Positions 57,773-64,000 of a stretch of DNA of 64,000 nt are shown here, in pieces. The translations under genes were made by a program, and so were the position numbers. Numbering within the stretch: position 1 is the first letter of the stretch; each line of letters starts with the position of its first letter. The notes beneath the pieces are model-generated. The model saw only the letters and a list, made by a program, of their open reading frames with translations. It did not search any database and was not told the origin of the DNA. The stretch is from Candidatus Omnitrophota bacterium. Lineage in GTDB: Bacteria; Omnitrophota; Omnitrophia; Omnitrophales; Aquincolibacteriaceae. The stretch covers positions 7,605 to 71,604 of the forward strand of contig JAYTHE010000011.1 in assembly GCA_043732705.1 (NCBI GenBank). The letters are read 5' to 3'.

Positions 57773-60700
57773 TTATGCCGATTCAGAAAAACTGTGCCGC
57801 GCGATCATTTGATTGAGCCAGATCCAAACGCGGTCATTTTCGAGGATCAAAGTTTGAGCTTCAATACGAATGGTCTTTTCAAACCCTTGAATACCCAGGG
57901 CTTTCACAAAATTCGCTAGCAATTCGTTTAGCTTAAGCTGAGATATTTGATTTGCGCTTTCAGCCGATAAATAAGCAGCCAGCCGCAGCTCAAGCCAAGC
58001 TTGAATATCATCCTTGAACGGCTCATCCGCTCTTTCAGCCCCCATAGACATAACGCGAATGAGCTGAATATTCCCCGCTGTTTCCAGTAAGAAGCTCGAA
58101 TCCATGACTGCAGCGGTGCGCAGAGCATCACCTGTTTTAAATGAACGCAGGCTTGGCACGGTTTGAATCCGGAAGCGTTTCAGCAGGTCCGGTTTAAATC
58201 CACGAATACTGCGCGGAGTTATCACTAAATCAGTAATTCCTGAATTTGAATTCGTTAATGCCTTCGCGTAAGCGGGCCGCGGTAAAACATCTAAAGCCAC
58301 GCGCACATTTTCGCGCCCGTTCATCAAGGTTAAGAACCGGGACTGCCAAATCATTGTCATTTTTTTTGCGGCGCTTTCCGAAATACGCGGTGAATGAACC
58401 GGTTCCGCCCAAGCCGTCGAAGCAAAGAAAAACTGCCTAGCCTCACTTCGCAAAAAAGTCGCAAATAAATTTAGTCCGTGAGCGTCAACAGCATCAACCG
58501 CGACCTTCGCTGTTTCCGAAGCGGACCCGTTAGTTGAGTTTGCGAGAAAACCCAACACCGTTTTTGTCGCGACCTCTAAATCCGCTTTCTTTACCGTACG
58601 AAGTTCGCTGCGGCCGCCGCTCTCGTCAGGCTCTTCACCCTGAAGCCAAAGATTGCCGCCAGGACTATCACCTGCAGACGGTTGATCGGCGGGAGGCGCA
58701 TCCTCTTGTGCGATTCGCGTACGCGCGATGAGCTTTTCGGACTGTAAAGCCATTTCGAGATAAATTTCTCTGAAAGCCTGCGGATTGACTTGGCCGGCTC
58801 GGCGCATACTGACCTCCTGCAGCCAATATTGAATTTGCCGCGGATGCCGCGCTAATCCAGGATCAACAAAGGCGTCTCGAATAAGCCCCATTACTTCCTG
58901 CAATTCCGAGGGCAGATAAACGCGCGCATTTTGCGGCGGCCAGGCGCGTTCCTTATTCAAGCTCATTTGCATTTCGAGCAGCATAGTCCACACGCTTTCC
59001 TTCAATTCTGCCGGCAAATGAAAATAAATTGCGCTTGCAAGGATTTCCCGCCAGGGGCCCAAAATAATTTCCGGGATTTCAGGCAGCAAATGAAATAAAG
59101 TTTCCTTTTGAGCCGCAGTCAGCGGATTTTGATTTAAGTCCGTCAGCCAAGGGCCGATCGAGTAACTCTCATGATGCCATTTTTTTTCCGCGCCCAGCTT
59201 AAAACCTTCCTGCATATTTTTTAATTTCGTGAGCGCTCTAATAATTATGAGCTGTTGCGTGAGCGTCAACGCAAAGAAATGCTGCCGATTCTGATCATTT
59301 TCAAGTAGTCGGGAAAATTCTTCCAAAGTGACCCTAAATTGCCAGAAACTAGCCGCCCCACTCGCTTCAGCCCATTGTATATCCTCGCGAATAGCCGTAA
59401 ATAAGCGAGAAACAGCCGCTAAAATTGGACGGATGACCGCATCAGATAATGTAATCAGCTCGGGCTGCGAACTCAACGCAATCCAGGTTGAAAATGGAAG
59501 TTCTAATACTGAAAAGCGGCGCTGCCACTTGATCCAACGCTTAATCACCGCAAGAAAATCAGCAACCGACATTGCAAAAAATAACTTCATATTAAGCGTG
59601 AATACCAAATCAGTGCGGAGAGCGTTTGTTTGCTGAAGTTTTAACAGCTGATAAATCGTAAATTTATATTTCCATCCCGTCTGTTTTGTTTTGGGATTAT
59701 TCAGCCGCTGACCGCGAATATATCTCTTATGATCTTTTAAATGGCTTCGCGCGGAAAAATGTCTATAAATAGATATAAACGGCTGTGCAAAAACTTCTAA
59801 AACAATTTGAACGATCCGATGCTCTGAACGCGGAGTCCGGTCACCATCCAGCCAAAGCGAATCATTCCCCGCCTCAGGTATTTGAGTATTCGGGATTTGA
59901 GACGGAGGTCCGGTTTGCCTCTGTGCGCGTGCGATCAGCAACTCGCCCTGACTAGCCATTTCAAAATAAATTTCTCGAAAACTCTGAACATCCGACTTTC
60001 CGGCTCGGCGCATATTGACTGAATCCAGCCAAGCCTGAATTGGCCGGGGACTTTGAGCTAAAGCAGGCTCAATAAAAACGTCGCGAATCGAACCTATGAC
60101 AAACTGCATTTCCGATACGGTATAGGGTAATTTTTTTTGAGGCGGCCAAGGACGCTCCGTATTAAAACTCATTTGCATCTCAAGCAACATACTCCAAAGA
60201 CCCGCCCTCAATTCCGGCGACAAATTCTGATAACTGCGGCTTGTCATAATTTCACGCCACGGCCCCAAAATAATTTCAGGTATTTTTGGAAGTAAATTAA
60301 ACAACACTTTTCTGACAACCGGCGAGGTCGCCTGATTTGCTATTTTATATAACCACGCAGAGACGGAATAACTTTCTTTATGGGTCTTCCCTGACTTATG
60401 AAAGGTAATTTCATCCATGAACTTTAATTTTCGCAGGGTTTGAATGACCGCCAACTGTTCTTCAATTGATAAATTAATAAACAGATTGTCACCTAGCGGA
60501 TTTTGAAGCATGCTTTCGAGAGAAGTTTGCCTTTCCCTGAATTCCCACTTGGCAAAAGCGGGATTTTGTTCAACTAGTTCTTTGTCGGACCGCATTGTGT
60601 AACCAAATTCAATTAAGGCGGGCAGCATCTGACGCCAATAATCTTCTGCAAGCGCCGAGTATTCACGCCTAAAAAGCAGTGTATCCCACATGTTACGTGG

Positions 60701-63700
60701 AATAGCCAATACAGGTAGTTCACGCTGCCATTTCAACCAAAAATCCAGCGCTTTCAAACGCTCCTGAAGAGTTCTATTTAAAAATGCGCTTTGATTCAAT
60801 CGCTCGAGAAGCTCATAGCGTTCGTGGTGGTTTGCCTGCAAAGTAAATAATTCATAAATTTTTTGTTTATAAAGCTTGCTTATGGCAACACGCTGAACCG
60901 CCTTCACAAAGGAATGAAGATGAACCAAATGCTCATGCAAATAGAGCCAGCTGACTCCCCAAACCCATAATTTTTTTACAATCGCAAGTAAGTTACTAAG
61001 CCGCAATTCGGAGCGCGTCTTCAGCCACAATTCATCATCCTTATTTGGTTCTTTTCCATCGCCCAACCCGCTTTCACCCGTCCGCTGACGTTGAAACCGC
61101 TCTAATAACGGCGGGAATTTTTCAACCGCAACCTTGATGGCAATGCGATTGCGCGCGGCATCATCAGCTGCGGAATTTAAATCATCCGTATTCCTTCTAA
61201 GCAGAAGCAAAGCATTTTGAATATCCTCGGAGCTTTGTGCGGTCTCCAGCAATTCTCGTGCTTGCTCGGCGATAAAAATCGCAAGCGTCTTGGGCCTTTC
61301 TTTTCCGCTGAGGACTAAAGTTATGGCACGCTGGGACAACATTTCTAAGCCTTCCATCCCCTTCACCCGTGATAAAGCCATCATCCAATCCAGCAAAACA
61401 GTACTTTCCGTCACTCCCAGCAACGGTGAAACCACTAATTGCTTTTGAAAAGGCAACCAAACCAAAACTAGCTCCGGACGATTTTCAATTAAAGTAAAAA
61501 GCTTTCTCCTATCTTCCGCCCCCCTCAGCGCGGCAAGACCATCTAGAACTGCCACGAGCGGATGATTGGAGGCGGGGTTTGTCATATTAACTTGCCACTC
61601 CCTGCTCCAAATTTGAAACCCCTTCAATACCTGAATTTTTTCGGTGAGCCCAAGCTCGGCAAAACCTTGCGCGCGTAAAATCGACTGCAATGAATGTAAC
61701 TTTGTGCTGTTGGTTTTGTGCCGGGAAAAATCAAGCCGCTCTTGACGCGTTTTTGCCAATACTGCTTCGCCGTCCTCGGTGACTTCACAGGAAAGCACCG
61801 CATCCAACAACGCCCACAGAAATAAAAGTCTTTCTTCCACATTAAAATTGTGAAAATAATCCGCAGGCGCCAATTCTTTCCAAATTCCGGCACGCAGCCG
61901 CATGAAGGGAAAGCCATCCGTTTTAAGTTCGTTAATTAATTTCAAAATTGAAACTTGCTGAGCAGGAGTTGAGCGCATATAAAAAGCGCGCTCCAGCACA
62001 AGCGATTGATAAAAATCAATCGACCGAGCATTTTTATCTGTAACAGCCGCGCGATAAACAAGTGCAAGCTGGTCAAAAACAGCTTGGAAAGCAGGTTCGC
62101 GAGAATCCACGTGATCACGATATAATTTTAAAGCTCGGCGCGCTTTTCTTGCAGGGCTTTGTCCGGTTAATAAATTCCAAACAGTTCTTAAAAATCGTAC
62201 TTCACTACGAACCACCGTTTGAGCACCTCCGGCGGCAATCCACCACAAAGAACCAGGTGGGTTCGGATCGAGTGACGCACCCCCACTCAATGTTGGGACA
62301 TCAACTCCCTTTGCCCGCCGCATTCGCTCAATCAGCTCAATCAGACCGACATTCCATTGTTTGACTATCAGACTTTTCCCGGACATTGATTCGACCGCGC
62401 TGAGTTGAGCCATATGAGCACTCATCATCCCAATCAAAGCCTGTTCTTCCGCGGCATTTTTTTCCAACGCCCAGGCTGTTCGTAAATAAACCAGCAGGGC
62501 TTCGGCATCGGAATAAACCAAAATAAACCCATTGGGTGCAAGAGAAGATATTGCTTGTGCCTCAGCGAAAATCGGTAATACAAAACCCAAACTCAGAAGC
62601 AACTCAATCCATTCTTGTGATTGATCCAGTGCAATTTTTTTTGATAAGTGCATCAACTTGAGCACCAACGCTAAATTAAGCGCTGCTGTCGGACGCTTTG
62701 ACCATAATTCCAACAAGTCAGAGCGAAATTTCCCCTCCGGAACCTCCCGCCACAAATCATAAAATCCGGGCAAGACCATAGGTAATCCCATTTTGGATTT
62801 CAAGAAAAACTGAGCAGGCAAATCATGATCGTCAGGACTAAATTCTGAATACTGAATTCCTCCCAATAAAAGTTTTTTCTGATCCTCAACTAGCAAACTT
62901 AGATAATCCGGTCTTCCATCGAGGACGCGAACTTGTTCGATCCATTGCGCCCACTCTCGAGCACTCCAATGATTAATAATAATGTAAGTGAGCGGTTTGT
63001 CTGCATAAGGTCGAAGATCAATATTTAAACCGGCAAGAAGCTTGAATTGATCCGCAACAAAACGAATTTCCGAATCTTCCAGCTTCAATCCTTTGCGTTC
63101 TGCAAAGCGCAGCCCTTTAAAGAAAGGAGCCCATAAACCGGCATCAATATTCGACAAAGGAAGCGCGCGTGCGTATTGACGATAGAAAAGTGTAAATTGA
63201 TGTCGATCATCCGAGGACATATAGTTACCCAAGCCGCCATTTTTCAAAATCCACGCAAAGGTCCAAAATTCATCCGCAAAAGGTACTAATGCCGTGATTG
63301 TTTGCCAAACAGATTGCGCGGCTAATTTTCGTTCATAGTCAGGATCAGTCATGCGAAAGGGTTGATATCCTACATATAAAAAATAAACATACGGGCGCAC
63401 AATCCATCGCCATACCGTCACCAAATTTTGGATTATCGTTCTTGCTTCAGAGCGCGAAGAAGGTGCTTGAACCCATAATGACCCGTTATCTGGGGCCGGC
63501 GGCACAATGCCAGTAGAGTCTGCAGAAGCGGAACCGTGCGCGCGATTAATTCTAGCAATCAGCTGTTCTGATTTTGAACATAATTGTTCGACAATCGCTG
63601 TTATATTTTCAACCCAGGTTACTTGCTGCGTCATTAATTCAAATTCATGCATGATTTGAATCAAAACCTGCGTTTCTTCCGCATTTTTTGGCAGTGAAAC

Positions 63701-64000
63701 AGCTTCGCGTAAATGAGCAAGCAATATAATGAGTTGCTCTAATTTTTTGCATAACTCCGCCACCATCGCTGATTTATTTTCAATCCAGTCTGTTTGCTGC
63801 ATAATTAACTCAAACTTGGACATGATCTGAACTAGCGCCCGCGTTCCTTCCGCATTTCTTGGCAACGAAACAGCTTCACGCAAACGAATAAATAACCTTT
63901 CCGCTTCAGAGCGGATTTGCAACCGGCCATGACCCTGCGCCAGACAATCAATGTAAACTCTTTCTTCTTCAGAAAATAAGGGTATTTGAAAATCAAGTTG
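57773..64000 (-). CDS. Giant modular hypothetical protein with RSExR-delimited ~400-aa modules (N-terminus outside window)
   Basis: The frame is open from 64000 (QLDFQIPLFSEEERVYIDCLAQGHGRLQIRSE...) to the stop at 57773, >2075 aa. It has internal paralogous modules and no recognisable catalytic motif. Confidence 0.85.
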   Translation of the reverse strand, partial: QLDFQIPLFSEEERVYIDCLAQGHGRLQIRSEAERLFIRLREAVSLPRNAEGTRALVQIMSKFELIMQQTDWIENKSAMVAELCKKLEQLIILLAHLREAVSLPKNAEETQVLIQIMHEFELMTQQVTWVENITAIVEQLCSKSEQLIARINRAHGSASADSTGIVPPAPDNGSLWVQAPSSRSEARTIIQNLVTVWRWIVRPYVYFLYVGYQPFRMTDPDYERKLAAQSVWQTITALVPFADEFWTFAWILKNGGLGNYMSSDDRHQFTLFYRQYARALPLSNIDAGLWAPFFKGLRFAERKGLKLEDSEIRFVADQFKLLAGLNIDLRPYADKPLTYIIINHWSAREWAQWIEQVRVLDGRPDYLSLLVEDQKKLLLGGIQYSEFSPDDHDLPAQFFLKSKMGLPMVLPGFYDLWREVPEGKFRSDLLELWSKRPTAALNLALVLKLMHLSKKIALDQSQEWIELLLSLGFVLPIFAEAQAISSLAPNGFILVYSDAEALLVYLRTAWALEKNAAEEQALIGMMSAHMAQLSAVESMSGKSLIVKQWNVGLIELIERMRRAKGVDVPTLSGGASLDPNPPGSLWWIAAGGAQTVVRSEVRFLRTVWNLLTGQSPARKARRALKLYRDHVDSREPAFQAVFDQLALVYRAAVTDKNARSIDFYQSLVLERAFYMRSTPAQQVSILKLINELKTDGFPFMRLRAGIWKELAPADYFHNFNVEERLLFLWALLDAVLSCEVTEDGEAVLAKTRQERLDFSRHKTNSTKLHSLQSILRAQGFAELGLTEKIQVLKGFQIWSREWQVNMTNPASNHPLVAVLDGLAALRGAEDRRKLFTLIENRPELVLVWLPFQKQLVVSPLLGVTESTVLLDWMMALSRVKGMEGLEMLSQRAITLVLSGKERPKTLAIFIAEQARELLETAQSSEDIQNALLLLRRNTDDLNSAADDAARNRIAIKVAVEKFPPLLERFQRQRTGESGLGDGKEPNKDDELWLKTRSELRLSNLLAIVKKLWVWGVSWLYLHEHLVHLHSFVKAVQRVAISKLYKQKIYELFTLQANHHERYELLERLNQSAFLNRTLQERLKALDFWLKWQRELPVLAIPRNMWDTLLFRREYSALAEDYWRQMLPALIEFGYTMRSDKELVEQNPAFAKWEFRERQTSLESMLQNPLGDNLFINLSIEEQLAVIQTLRKLKFMDEITFHKSGKTHKESYSVSAWLYKIANQATSPVVRKVLFNLLPKIPEIILGPWREIMTSRSYQNLSPELRAGLWSMLLEMQMSFNTERPWPPQKKLPYTVSEMQFVIGSIRDVFIEPALAQSPRPIQAWLDSVNMRRAGKSDVQSFREIYFEMASQGELLIARAQRQTGPPSQIPNTQIPEAGNDSLWLDGDRTPRSEHRIVQIVLEVFAQPFISIYRHFSARSHLKDHKRYIRGQRLNNPKTKQTGWKYKFTIYQLLKLQQTNALRTDLVFTLNMKLFFAMSVADFLAVIKRWIKWQRRFSVLELPFSTWIALSSQPELITLSDAVIRPILAAVSRLFTAIREDIQWAEASGAASFWQFRVTLEEFSRLLENDQNRQHFFALTLTQQLIIIRALTKLKNMQEGFKLGAEKKWHHESYSIGPWLTDLNQNPLTAAQKETLFHLLPEIPEIILGPWREILASAIYFHLPAELKESVWTMLLEMQMSLNKERAWPPQNARVYLPSELQEVMGLIRDAFVDPGLARHPRQIQYWLQEVSMRRAGQVNPQAFREIYLEMALQSEKLIARTRIAQEDAPPADQPSAGDSPGGNLWLQGEEPDESGGRSELRTVKKADLEVATKTVLGFLANSTNGSASETAKVAVDAVDAHGLNLFATFLRSEARQFFFASTAWAEPVHSPRISESAAKKMTMIWQSRFLTLMNGRENVRVALDVLPRPAYAKALTNSNSGITDLVITPRSIRGFKPDLLKRFRIQTVPSLRSFKTGDALRTAAVMDSSFLLETAGNIQLIRVMSMGAERADEPFKDDIQAWLELRLAAYLSAESANQISQLKLNELLANFVKALGIQGFEKTIRIEAQTLILENDRVWIWLNQMIARHSFSESA

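Noticed and set aside
621-63516. Many 60-170-aa ORFs overlapping or antisense to the main genes
   Set aside because: These are shadow frames of well-supported CDSs with no motifs or independent start signals.
63896-63913. RSEAER near the ORF-track start as a seventh motif, and TTG 63922 as the start codon
   Set aside because: It does not fit RSExR and lacks the linker/LW context. The frame is open to the window edge, so 63922 is not a supported start.
1-64000. CRISPR array, rRNA, transposase, integrase, prophage or defence genes
   Set aside because: No regularly spaced repeats or diagnostic motifs were seen by eye; short or degenerate elements could have been missed.

Overview
Bacterial (diderm: LptD, TonB, RpoN) chromosomal window, almost all coding and mostly on the minus strand. 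About 1-46.9 kb is one large cell-surface glycan locus. It contains five GT-C/ArnT/YfhO-type membrane glycosyltransferases, three polyprenol-phosphate GT2s, a PglK-like ABC flippase, and dTDP-rhamnose (rmlA/B/D, no rmlC), UDP-GlcA/UDP-Xyl and UDP-HexNAcA genes. It also holds a ~24-kb rare-sugar/tailoring block: gmhA, an inverted hldE-like gene, a nucleotidyltransferase, a split transketolase, a HAD-kinase fusion, two TIGR04372-type GTs, an acyltransferase, a sulfotransferase-TPR-GSCFA fusion and many methyltransferases. Next come lptD, two diguanylate cyclases, an orphan MalK-type ATPase, accD, rpoN, tRNA-Thr(CGT) with a duplicated 3' end, and a fur-tonB-NUDIX group. The most striking feature is the last ORF (57773 to beyond 64000, >2075 aa, no recognisable family). 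It is a chain of ~400-aa modules, each separated by a low-complexity linker, an LW dipeptide and an R-S-E-x-R motif. This suggests a processed or exported polyprotein. The host may be Candidatus Omnitrophota, but that is inference only. All product calls come from reading motifs by eye; no database searches were run.
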